Assembly (NCBI GenBank): GCA_021399345.1
Contig: JAAFKI010000091.1
Coordinates: 1 to 34,777, forward strand
Origin: Candidatus Heimdallarchaeota archaeon
Lineage (GTDB): Archaea; Asgardarchaeota; Heimdallarchaeia; Heimdallarchaeales; Heimdallarchaeaceae
DNA length: 34,777 bases
Reading direction: 5' to 3'
In this document: piece by piece, positions 25,811 to 34,777 of the stretch
Layout: each line of letters begins with the position of its first letter
Numbering within the stretch: the first letter of the stretch is position 1
Program-made: the position numbers and the translations under genes
Notes under the pieces: model-generated
What the model saw: the letters and a program-made list of their open reading frames with translations, nothing else
What the model was told of the DNA's origin: nothing
The model's database searches: none

Positions 25811-26971
25811 TTGATTGTGAAACCTAAATCCAAAAAGATTCTTAGAGTTCTGTTTATTTTAATTGTTTTTCTTGGATTGAATGTAGAGGGTTTCATTTCA
25901 CAATCTAATTATGAATTTAGTGGTAACGAAAGCTGGTTTGGAACTTCTGCTGCAAGAACACTTTTCTTTAACGAAACGACTGCTTACAATTTTATTGAAA
26001 CACAATTAAGTTTTGGTCCCAGAGTTCCAGGAACTCTCTCACACATTGAGTGTGCTGATTGGATAAGAGAAGAGCTTGTTGACATTACAGACAATATAAT
26101 GACTCACAACTTCACAATACAAAAATACAGCGAACCAAGTTATCATTGCCAAAACATATTGGGAAAAATTAATCCTGCAAAAGAGAATATTGTTATTTTT
26201 GGGGCTCATTGGGATTCAAGAAATGTTGCAGAGAAGGATACTGAAAATCAAAGTTCACCAATTCCTGGAGCAAATGATGGTGGGTCAGGTGTAGCAGTAT
26301 TGTTGGAATTAGCTAGAGTGTTATATGCTTACAAAGATGAATTAGACTGTCAGGTCTGGTTTCTTTTTATTGATGCAGAAGATCAAGGTTATTCGAGAGG
26401 AATGTACGGTCTGGAGGGGTGGTATTGGGCAGAAGGTTCGTTAGCTTTTGTTAATGAAATAGACAATTATTATAATTCATCAGTAGAAATATTTGAATGT
26501 TTCATACTTCTAGACATGGTCGGTGGAAGCAACCTTCAATTCATCAAAGAGTCTCGATCAGATGAAGCATTACATGATAGTATCTTTGATGAAGGTGTGA
26601 AACTGGGATATTATGAGGCATTCCCAAGCAGACCTAAGGTGATGGCTATCACAGATGATCACGTGGCTTTTGATGCTTTTGGAATATCTGTAATTGATTT
26701 GATTATCGATTTTGTAGAAGGTGATTGGACTTACCATCACACTCATTCTGATGACTTGAGCAACATCGATATAGAAAGTTTGTTGATAACTGGTCTAACA
26801 ATGGAATCTTTTATGAAAACCTATTACACTCTTAATCAAAATAAAGACTGGAGAAACACTGATTTACCTACATCAGTTTATCTCTCTATTGCTGTTAGTT
26901 CTTTATTTTTAGTTGGTTTACTTGTTTATCTTATTTTGAAAAAGAAACTGAAACCAAAGAGTACAAGCTAG
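25811..26971 (+). CDS. M28 family metalloenzyme (glutaminyl cyclase / aminopeptidase-like), membrane anchored
   Basis: GPRVPG, AHWDSR, GANDGGSG, DAEDQG, LLDMVG, TDDH and HHTHSDD motifs. N-terminal signal and C-terminal TM plus KKK. Confidence 0.9.
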   Translation: MIVKPKSKKILRVLFILIVFLGLNVEGFISQSNYEFSGNESWFGTSAARTLFFNETTAYNFIETQLSFGPRVPGTLSHIECADWIREELVDITDNIMTHNFTIQKYSEPSYHCQNILGKINPAKENIVIFGAHWDSRNVAEKDTENQSSPIPGANDGGSGVAVLLELARVLYAYKDELDCQVWFLFIDAEDQGYSRGMYGLEGWYWAEGSLAFVNEIDNYYNSSVEIFECFILLDMVGGSNLQFIKESRSDEALHDSIFDEGVKLGYYEAFPSRPKVMAITDDHVAFDAFGISVIDLIIDFVEGDWTYHHTHSDDLSNIDIESLLITGLTMESFMKTYYTLNQNKDWRNTDLPTSVYLSIAVSSLFLVGLLVYLILKKKLKPKSTS

Positions 26972-28437
26972 GAATTTAAGTATCTATAGGCTATGAGTAA
27001 ATACAATTTGGTTACATCTTTTAAAGTACTCAAATCAGCATATTCATTGGCATTATGGGCATTTCTTCCTCCAGGACCAAATACAAAAATATCTTTCATT
27101 CCAGCTTCCCTCATATTACCTCCATCAGAAAAACCTGTGTTAAAATGAAACAAAGGACTTGTCGCATAAACAGCTTCATATGAGTTCTGAATTATTTTTC
27201 CAAACTCTGTATTAGGATCTGTAGCAGAACCTTCACCAACAGTTATTATTGAAAGAGTCACATCAGTTGGTTCATCTTTGAACTTAGGATTTTCATGTTG
27301 AAGATTATTGTAGCCCTCTGGTAATTCTATACGATATTTTAATTTGGAACAGAATTTAACTATAGCATCAAACAGTTCTTGGGTTGTTAAACCAGGCATA
27401 GCCCTGAAATCAGCAGAAAGTTCACAAGTATCTGGAATAACATTTGTTTTAATTCCTGCATTAATCTCAGTGAAACTGAATGTTGTTCGGTAGAGAATAC
27501 TTGAATCCCTTTTATCCTTATCCAAAGGATTTTTTTCTCCTGTATAGGCTCTAATCTTCTTTAAATCAGAATAATTAACACGCTTTAACATGTACTTTAA
27601 CTGTTGAATTTTTGTAATCGGAGGTTTTCGTTTTGGAATTTTCAGCTTTCTTTCAGCTTCATAGATGAATCTTGTAGCTTTATTTATGGCATTTGATTTT
27701 GGTTTAGGCCAGCTTCCATGACCAGCTACGCCATGAAAAGTGAATTTTACCCAATTTGGACCCTTCTCCCCCAAACCTATTGATGGACTGCTCATAGGTT
27801 TTCTAATGCTTGGTTCTCCAACAATTGTAGCATCTGCATTTATTACTTCGAAATTATTTTTAGTCATATATGCTGAACCATAGGCACCATGAGTTTCTTC
27901 ATCAGGAGTGAGCCAAAGCTTTAGTTTACCTTTGAATTTTAGTCCTGATTCCTTTAGTATCTTCATTGCGATCATTTGACATGCTATACCAGCTTTCATG
28001 TCTATTGAACCCCTTCCATACAGTTTATTCTCCTTAATGACTCCTCCTAAGGGAGGCGTTTCTTCATCCCAATTATCTGGGTTAAATGGAACAATATCTA
28101 AATGACCATTGAACTGGAGAGTTTTTCCCTTCTTTCCTCCTTCAAAAGACGATATTAAATTATAATAACTCTCATTCTTCTTCTTACCAAGAAAAGGGAC
28201 TTTGAATAATTCTGTTTTAAAGCCCTCTTTTTCCATTAAATCTTTGGTAAATTCAAAAATTTTATCGATGTTGTGATATTGAAATTCAGAGAAATTTAGT
28301 GATTCAATTTGAACTAATTTTTGTAATAAATCAGTAATTTTCTGTTCATTTTTGTCTACGAAAGATAACAGTATTTTCTCGTTCTTCTTTAAAGGGACTC
28401 TTGGTATAATCTTTTTCTCTGTTATATCCTCTGACAT
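26968..28437 (-). CDS. M20 family metallo-deacylase (ArgE/DapE-like)
   Basis: FNGHLDIVP, YGRGSIDMKAG, DEETHG, GEPS, GHGSWP and AHNANEY motifs. Confidence 0.93.
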   Translation of the reverse strand: MSEDITEKKIIPRVPLKKNEKILLSFVDKNEQKITDLLQKLVQIESLNFSEFQYHNIDKIFEFTKDLMEKEGFKTELFKVPFLGKKKNESYYNLISSFEGGKKGKTLQFNGHLDIVPFNPDNWDEETPPLGGVIKENKLYGRGSIDMKAGIACQMIAMKILKESGLKFKGKLKLWLTPDEETHGAYGSAYMTKNNFEVINADATIVGEPSIRKPMSSPSIGLGEKGPNWVKFTFHGVAGHGSWPKPKSNAINKATRFIYEAERKLKIPKRKPPITKIQQLKYMLKRVNYSDLKKIRAYTGEKNPLDKDKRDSSILYRTTFSFTEINAGIKTNVIPDTCELSADFRAMPGLTTQELFDAIVKFCSKLKYRIELPEGYNNLQHENPKFKDEPTDVTLSIITVGEGSATDPNTEFGKIIQNSYEAVYATSPLFHFNTGFSDGGNMREAGMKDIFVFGPGGRNAHNANEYADLSTLKDVTKLYLLIAYRYLNS

Positions 28438-28535
28438 GGCGTTCGAAAGATGTTTTAAGTGTTTATTTATCTTTCTTAAAGACTTGAAGACAATTCTTAA
28501 ATGTTGGATATAAATCGAACCAAGTAGGATTTACA

Positions 28536-29135
28536 ATGAAAAAGGAAGAAATGGTAAGAAATGGGTACAATGAGATAGCTCCCAAGTTCAAAGAATTCAG
28601 AAGTATTTTTGACAATCTTCCAGAGCTAGAGTATCTTATAACTCTTCTTCCTAAAAAGGCTAAAGTTCTAGATGTTGGATGTGGAATAGGAATTCCAGTT
28701 TCAAGATTTTTTGTTGATCATGGCTTCTCAGTTACAGGGATTGATATTTCAGAAAGAATGGTAGAATTAGCAGAACAAAATGTTCCTGAAGCTGAATTCT
28801 ATCAATACGATATGAATGAGTTGGATTTTCCTGATAATACTTTTCATTGTATAACAGCTGTTTATTCCCTTTTTCATGTTCCAAAAGAGAAACATTTCTC
28901 TATTCTGAAGAAATTCCATCGAATACTTAAAAAAAATGGTATTCTTTTCTTTTGTGTAGGACACTTAGGGGGTGATGATACCAATGAATTCTTAGGAAAA
29001 GAAATGTTCTGGAGTAATTATCCTCCTGAAAAAACTCTTTCTTTAGTTAAAGAAGCAGAATTTGAGATTATTTTTGATGAAATTCTAGATAGGGGAGATG
29101 AATTGCAATATTGGGTTTTTGCAAAGAAGAAATAA
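28536..29135 (+). CDS. Class I SAM-dependent methyltransferase
   Basis: VLDVGCGIG, GIDISERM, SLFHVP and RILKKNG motifs. Confidence 0.92.
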   Translation: MKKEEMVRNGYNEIAPKFKEFRSIFDNLPELEYLITLLPKKAKVLDVGCGIGIPVSRFFVDHGFSVTGIDISERMVELAEQNVPEAEFYQYDMNELDFPDNTFHCITAVYSLFHVPKEKHFSILKKFHRILKKNGILFFCVGHLGGDDTNEFLGKEMFWSNYPPEKTLSLVKEAEFEIIFDEILDRGDELQYWVFAKKK

Positions 29136-29200
29136 GAAAGAATATTTCCTTTTTTACTGTTAACAGTAATTTTTATAATTGCATGAAATCGGTTTAAGAT

Positions 29201-30127
29201 ATGAAAATAGATTTCAAATCATATGATCACGATAAAGATTTTTCTAGAATTAAAGATTTTCTTCAACAAACATATGTTGATGATGGGGATTTAATAAACT
29301 GGACAATAGAGAGATGGAATTATGCTGCATTCTTTATCAGAGATATGTTTGAATTTACTATTGAAAAATGGAGTGAAACAATAGGGATATGGGAGAATGA
29401 AGAAGGAGAGATAGTCAGTTTAGTTTTGAATGAAGCCGTAGGAAGAGGAGAGACATTCTTCCAGATTAATCCTTCTTATAAGGATTCTATCCCATTTGAG
29501 GAAATGTTTGATTTTGCTGAAAAAAATCTTCAAACCGAACATGAGGGATATATGATTTTAAGACCTAGAATCAGGGAAGGTGATCGTCAGTTGGAAGAAA
29601 TTGCTAGAGACAAAGGATATGTCAAAAGAGAGGATGCTAAAGAGACAACTTCTATAATCACCCTTGATAGAGATTTTTCCTATCCTGATCTTCTAGAAGG
29701 TTATGTGATTAAGAGTATGGCAGATGATGATAAAGTTGTAAAAAGGACTAAAGCATTTGCTAGAGCTTTTGGAAATTGGGGAACAAAAGACGAGGTTCAA
29801 CCTTCATCATATCTAGCTCTTCAAAAAGCTCCAGATTATCGAAAGGATTTGGATATTTATATTGAAGCTCCTGATGGAGAAATAGTTTCTTTCTGCTTGA
29901 TTTGGTATGATGATAAGAACAAAATTGGAATTTTAGAACCCGTAGGAACAGATCCTGATCATAGACGAAAAGGATTAGCAAAAGCAACTAATTATGAAGC
30001 AATCAACCGAGCTAAAAAATTAGGTGCAAAGAAAGTCTATGTTGGAGATGGTCAACAGTTCTATCTCTCAATAGGTTTTCAACACAAGCAATGTTATGTA
30101 ATGTGGGAAAAGAAAGTTGAGAAGTAA
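29201..30127 (+). CDS. GNAT family N-acetyltransferase (two-domain)
   Basis: LEPVGTDPDHRRKGLAKA and FYLSIGF motifs. Confidence 0.9.
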   Translation: MKIDFKSYDHDKDFSRIKDFLQQTYVDDGDLINWTIERWNYAAFFIRDMFEFTIEKWSETIGIWENEEGEIVSLVLNEAVGRGETFFQINPSYKDSIPFEEMFDFAEKNLQTEHEGYMILRPRIREGDRQLEEIARDKGYVKREDAKETTSIITLDRDFSYPDLLEGYVIKSMADDDKVVKRTKAFARAFGNWGTKDEVQPSSYLALQKAPDYRKDLDIYIEAPDGEIVSFCLIWYDDKNKIGILEPVGTDPDHRRKGLAKATNYEAINRAKKLGAKKVYVGDGQQFYLSIGFQHKQCYVMWEKKVEK

Positions 30128-30178
30128 AGAAATTTCTTCTTCTTACTCGGATTGTGAAAAATCTTGGCTAATTCTACT

Positions 30179-31072
30179 CTAAAGTGACTTAGTCAAGCAA
30201 GTAGCAATTTCATTTATTTTATTTATACACACTGAAATATGACCTTCTTCAGGGAAAAATTTAGCCTTGCAATTGGGAATTATTTTTGACATATATTTTC
30301 CTATTGAAACAGGTACAGTTTTATCAAAGTACCCTTGCCACAAATATACATTAACTTTTTTAGAAATTTCTTCAAGTTTGAATCCCCAGTTTCTGAAAAT
30401 CAATTTTCGATCACACATTGTACCTTTAGTGCTTATTCTACCTATGTCTCTCATTCTTTCACAAAGAATGTCCATAATTTTTGGTCTATTCAGTAATTTT
30501 TTGTCTGGTTTGGAGAAATTTTTAGTTACATGTGTTAACATTTTTTTCCTGATTCTTGATTCATCTTCTGATCTAGCATGTCTAGCCATTTTCATCCAGA
30601 AAAATGTTCTGAAAAGAAAAGGAAGTTTCTTGTTTACAAAAACCATTCTCTTACTAACTCCCTCTAAACTCATGGTTTGTTTATTAATGGGTGATATGCC
30701 AGCGATTATTCCAACAGATTGACATCTGTGAGGGATTTTGTATGCACAACCTAAAACATAAGGTGACCCTCCACTAATTCCAAGAATAGAGAATTTCTTA
30801 TACCCTAATGAGTCTGCTAATTCCTCAACATCATCTGACCAGTCTAGAATGGTTCTATCGCCCTTATAATCAGATAGTCCAAAACCAGGTCGATCTATTG
30901 AAATTATTCTAGCGGTCTTTTCAGATAAAGTTAACGCAGACATTTTAGCTTCAGTTCTAGTACCAGGATTTCCATGAAAGTAAAAGAGAGGTTTTCCTTC
31001 AGTATCTCCATATTCAGCATAACCTAGTTTTCTTCCATCTCGGAGTTTTATTATCTGAGATAACTTATTCAT
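30179..31072 (-). CDS. Alpha/beta hydrolase
   Basis: FHGNPG, DRPGFGLSD, GISGG nucleophile elbow, DKTVP and EGH motifs. Confidence 0.92.
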   Translation of the reverse strand: MNKLSQIIKLRDGRKLGYAEYGDTEGKPLFYFHGNPGTRTEAKMSALTLSEKTARIISIDRPGFGLSDYKGDRTILDWSDDVEELADSLGYKKFSILGISGGSPYVLGCAYKIPHRCQSVGIIAGISPINKQTMSLEGVSKRMVFVNKKLPFLFRTFFWMKMARHARSEDESRIRKKMLTHVTKNFSKPDKKLLNRPKIMDILCERMRDIGRISTKGTMCDRKLIFRNWGFKLEEISKKVNVYLWQGYFDKTVPVSIGKYMSKIIPNCKAKFFPEEGHISVCINKINEIATCLTKSL

Positions 31073-31213
31073 TCTTTTTCCCTCAGCCTATTTTAAGGAG
31101 GAAATTAATAAACTTTTTTTATGTAGCTCTCTATTTAATTTTTATAGGATTACAGAAGTCGTAACGTCTACTATTAATAGAAACTTTTTTTATTCGTTGA
31201 TAAATTCAAGCGT

Positions 31214-32080
31214 ATGGTTAGACGTCCAAAGAGTGAATATGCTCTCGAAAACGAAACAGAAAAGATATTCATAGATTTACCAAACGAAGCTAAACTTCGA
31301 GTACTTATTCTTAAAGCAGATGAAGAAACTGATGAAACAAGGGATATTGTTTTTTACTCTGGATATATTTCTTACATCTTTCTCTGGAGAGAATCTGTGA
31401 AACTCTTAAGGAAAAACCATAACATAATTTTCATAGAAACTAGAGAAAAGGAATTTTCTTCCTTTCCACCAGATGATGTTGTTTATGACGTAGACACTTT
31501 AGGAGAGGATTTTGTACAATCTTTAAAAGAACTCAAACTTAAGCCAGAAGATTGTGTTGTGACTGGATCTTCGATAGCTTCTGTAGGTGTCCTTGAAGCG
31601 ATGAGTAAATATGGTGTTGAACCTTTTCTATCAGTTCACTCATCTCCACAGAAGACATACAAAGAAAATAACATGATTAAGATTTTGCCAAAATTGTTTC
31701 CTCATTGGTTCGTCTCATTAGTTAAGCCTTTCGTATATCTGAGTTATAAGATCAAATTTAGAAGAGATAAGGAATCAGGTATAAGCAGAATTCATACTTT
31801 AAGAAGAATGTTGCAGAAAAGTAGTTTGCGATGGATGAGGAAAATAAAATCGTTTATGCCTGAATATGAAATGACCAGGGAATCTGTAAAAAATATTAAT
31901 TCTCCTGTAATCATTGTTGGAGCTCAAGATGATCCCGAACATGATACAGGTTCAATAGAAGAAATAGTTGAATTAATCCCCGGAGCGAAGTTTAGACCTG
32001 TGCCCTTTAAGAATGATACTCATAGTGAAGCTTATGCAAAAATAATTTTAGAAGAAATAAGTGAACTTACCAGACTTTAA
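31214..32080 (+). CDS. Divergent alpha/beta hydrolase
   Basis: GSSIA elbow, SPVIIVGAQDD and IPGAKF...DTHS. Confidence 0.7.
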   Translation: MVRRPKSEYALENETEKIFIDLPNEAKLRVLILKADEETDETRDIVFYSGYISYIFLWRESVKLLRKNHNIIFIETREKEFSSFPPDDVVYDVDTLGEDFVQSLKELKLKPEDCVVTGSSIASVGVLEAMSKYGVEPFLSVHSSPQKTYKENNMIKILPKLFPHWFVSLVKPFVYLSYKIKFRRDKESGISRIHTLRRMLQKSSLRWMRKIKSFMPEYEMTRESVKNINSPVIIVGAQDDPEHDTGSIEEIVELIPGAKFRPVPFKNDTHSEAYAKIILEEISELTRL

Positions 32081-32151
32081 AGTAAAATTTGAACTATAGA
32101 GATAGATAAAAAGATTTTTTATTCTGATGGTGTTTCAGCTATTGTGGTAAA

Positions 32152-32535
32152 ATGACTGAAGAGAATAAAACTACAGATTTAGCACAAACCATTTTTGAAG
32201 AAGTAATGGATGAAATTGAAGAAGAAATATTTGATGGACTAGGAGAGTTGATCTTTGAAGAGAGACTTAAATCTATTGTAAAGCAAATTCAAGTTGCTGT
32301 TTGGGATCAAGTTGCAGAAATCATTCCTGAAGATATCTCTGAAGATACGACTGAAGTTCAGAAGTTCATAATAGGTGAAAAAATAGCTAGAATAGTAACT
32401 AAAGATGCCAAAACAAAACTAGCTGATTTAGTATCTGAAATAGTTGAGAAAACCTACGAAGTTCTATACGAACTAAGAAATGAAATTATTGAAGAAATTT
32501 ACGAAGAGACTGAAATAGAGGAAGAAGAGGATTAG
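32152..32535 (+). CDS. Highly acidic helical hypothetical protein
   Basis: 127-aa ATG ORF, very Glu-rich at both ends, with upstream AAAAGATTTTTAT BRE/TATA-like box. Confidence 0.75.
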   Translation: MTEENKTTDLAQTIFEEVMDEIEEEIFDGLGELIFEERLKSIVKQIQVAVWDQVAEIIPEDISEDTTEVQKFIIGEKIARIVTKDAKTKLADLVSEIVEKTYEVLYELRNEIIEEIYEETEIEEEED

Positions 32536-32745
32536 AAGAAAGGAATGAAAGAAATCTGAATCCATATACTATTTCTGTTGTTTTTTATAAATTTTAACTA
32601 AATATTTACACGTTTATCTTCCTGATAATCTATGGTTACGGCTTAATCCAGTTGAAGTAAAATCTAGATGGTTTCTAGTTTATGATAAGAAAGAAGTGGA
32701 GAAAATAGATTTTGATGCTTATTGGAATGATGAATAGATGCGCAC

Positions 32746-33555
32746 CTAAAATTCACCTATTAATCTGGATTTCTCTTCAATAACAAGATAAAATGCCTCT
32801 ATGGTCATTTTAAGCCATCTCTCATTAGCCTCTTTTGTAAAATCAGGTAATTGCTTAGAATTCAACATTTCCTCTTTTGATAGCCTTTGCTTGTATGAAG
32901 TCTCAATAAAATTTATCATTTCTGAAATCATTTTTTGGCCATCTATTAAATTTTTAGTTGATCCAATATGACCATGACCTGGAATTACGATATTTGGATT
33001 TACATCAATCATCTTCTGAAAAGCATCAACCCAGAGATAAGGATTAACTGTTTCATCTCCAGCAAAAGGAAACATATCAGCAAATAATAAATCACCTGTT
33101 AAAATAACATTTTCTTGGGGAATATGGATAAAGGCACTCCCTTGAGTATGTCCGTGAGTTTCTATGATTTTTACTGTTTTGAACTCGTCCTTTATTTCAT
33201 ACTGACCATCAAAGGTGATGTTAGGGAGAACTATTTCTTTATCTTTATAATCTCCCTTAATTTTTTGTTCAAGAATTTTTTTAGTGCTTCTTGTTGAAAT
33301 AATATCACAATCTTTGAACACATTTGTTCCAAAAGTGTGATCTCCATGATAATGAGTAATGATTACATACTTAAATTTCAAACCAGTTTCTGATTCAGCA
33401 AACTCTCTTATTTTCTTAGTTGTAGAGGGATCCATTCCAGTATCTACCATTATAAGGTATTTATCCATTTTAATGAAAGAAGTGTGAGAAGAAGTTTCAC
33501 TTGGAGTATAATCCCATACTGATTCTGTAAATTTAATGATGTTCTTCTTCTTCAT
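32746..33555 (-). CDS. MBL-fold metallo-hydrolase (cyclase-like)
   Basis: VDTG, THYHGDH, GHTQG, TGDL and IPGHG motifs. Confidence 0.92.
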   Translation of the reverse strand: MKKKNIIKFTESVWDYTPSETSSHTSFIKMDKYLIMVDTGMDPSTTKKIREFAESETGLKFKYVIITHYHGDHTFGTNVFKDCDIISTRSTKKILEQKIKGDYKDKEIVLPNITFDGQYEIKDEFKTVKIIETHGHTQGSAFIHIPQENVILTGDLLFADMFPFAGDETVNPYLWVDAFQKMIDVNPNIVIPGHGHIGSTKNLIDGQKMISEMINFIETSYKQRLSKEEMLNSKQLPDFTKEANERWLKMTIEAFYLVIEEKSRLIGEF

Positions 33556-33686
33556 AACTTTTTTTGAGAAAAGAGACTATTAAAATTTATTGATTTTATG
33601 TAGGTTATCATGGAATAATTATTTATAATGTGTTTACATAACTTCCTACATCCTAAATTCACATCACTAAAAAGGAGATTGTAAAA

Positions 33687-34571
33687 GTGAAGAATAAACA
33701 GACAATACTGATTGCTGGAGCAACTGGAAACATTGGGGGAGGTGCTGCAGTTGCTTTAGCAAAACGTGGTGCTAGAGTTGTTTTGCTTGGGCGTTATCCT
33801 GACACATTAAAAGCCAAGGTGGATCGTATCCGTATTGCTTTATCTGAAGCACAGATCGATTATCAGGATACAGACATTACCATACTGGTGGTCGATTTCT
33901 CTGATATGGAATCTGTGAAACACGCTGCAGCTGAGGCTTTGAACCGATTCCCGATAATAGATGGTCTGATACTCTCTGTTGGAGCCCTTATCCAAAATGG
34001 TCCGAACATCCTGCCCAGCGGTCATGAGATGATGTTTGCTTTAAACGTGATGGGGCCGTTTTTGTTCACCCATCTGTTGTTAAAGAGGATGCAGCAATCA
34101 AACGGATTGGTCCTTCATGTGGTTGCACCATTCTATAAAGAAATCGACTGGGATGATCTTGAAAGCATCAGAATTCACAAGACAGAAATTGCATACCACA
34201 GGACCAAGACATGCAACCGGGTAATCGCTGCGGAGTTGACTCGACGATATGCTGGAAAGATCTCCTCTGTAGCATTCAAACCTACGTTCATCATCGATAA
34301 ATCAGATCCGGAGTTGGCAAAAAGGTGGCCATCCGGACTTTTGGGTCTTTTCTGGCGGATAATGACAGTACTCCTTGCAAAGCCACCTACAGTCGCGGGT
34401 GAACCTATTGCTGATCTGATGCTTTCGTATCGAGATCGTAGTACAATCAATGGAGCCTTGTTCAAACTGGATAAACGCGTTAAAAAACCTGATAAGGCAA
34501 TGAATGACGAGGTATTAGGAAAAAGGTTGTGGGATGAGTTGGTTCTACTAACAGGACTAAAGGCTGAATGA
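33687..34571 (+). CDS. Short-chain dehydrogenase/reductase (retinol dehydrogenase-like)
   Basis: GATGNIGG, VDFSDMESVK, FALNVMGPF and YHRTK (YxxxK). AAGGAG upstream of the GTG start. Confidence 0.9.
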   Translation: MKNKQTILIAGATGNIGGGAAVALAKRGARVVLLGRYPDTLKAKVDRIRIALSEAQIDYQDTDITILVVDFSDMESVKHAAAEALNRFPIIDGLILSVGALIQNGPNILPSGHEMMFALNVMGPFLFTHLLLKRMQQSNGLVLHVVAPFYKEIDWDDLESIRIHKTEIAYHRTKTCNRVIAAELTRRYAGKISSVAFKPTFIIDKSDPELAKRWPSGLLGLFWRIMTVLLAKPPTVAGEPIADLMLSYRDRSTINGALFKLDKRVKKPDKAMNDEVLGKRLWDELVLLTGLKAE

Positions 34572-34777
34572 ATCCTGAGCACTTGTCTTCAACCTCATAT
34601 TTCATTTTCAGCTGACATCTCCGTCATCGTTCTTAAGCCATACGTGGTGCATGTGTTAAGTTACTTCGAATTTCTTTTTCTCCTTTTTACATATTATCTG
34701 AGCTACAGTCTTACGTAGAATAGATTGGGAATCAGAAATTTATGCATTACATATCTATTATTTGCTAGAATCATTGA

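Noticed and set aside
30267-34582. Remaining antisense or nested ORFs in the track (e.g. 30267-30722, 33115-33297, 33840-34025, 34175-34582, and similar ones earlier)
   Set aside because: They overlap well-supported genes and carry no motifs.

Overview
AT-rich (roughly 30-33% GC in sampled blocks), gene-dense archaeal chromosomal window. The intron-containing tRNA with bulge-helix-bulge motifs, BRE/TATA-type promoters and T-rich terminators indicate an archaeon. C-terminally anchored surface proteins and eukaryote-like enzymes suggest an Asgard (Heimdallarchaeia-like) lineage, which is an inference. About 30 CDSs are present, mostly hydrolases, transporters and membrane or surface proteins. 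I saw no rRNA, CRISPR array, transposase or integrase. Main points: (1) a tRNA-Pro(GGG) split by two introns (D-loop 19/20 and canonical 37/38); (2) three proteins that by eye resemble eukaryotic lipidation enzymes, namely an N-myristoyltransferase-like tandem GNAT, a class IV (SIRT6/7-like) sirtuin and a CWH43/PGAP2IP-like membrane EEP protein, possibly an archaeal protein or lipid acylation toolkit; (3) a winged-helix gene missed by the ORF track, coupled to a ParA/MinD ATPase; (4) four proteins with C-terminal TM-plus-basic anchors; (5) an orphan beta-class DNA methyltransferase; (6) a symmetric divergent promoter region with repeated palindromes. All family comparisons were made by eye against remembered sequences and need confirmation by search.
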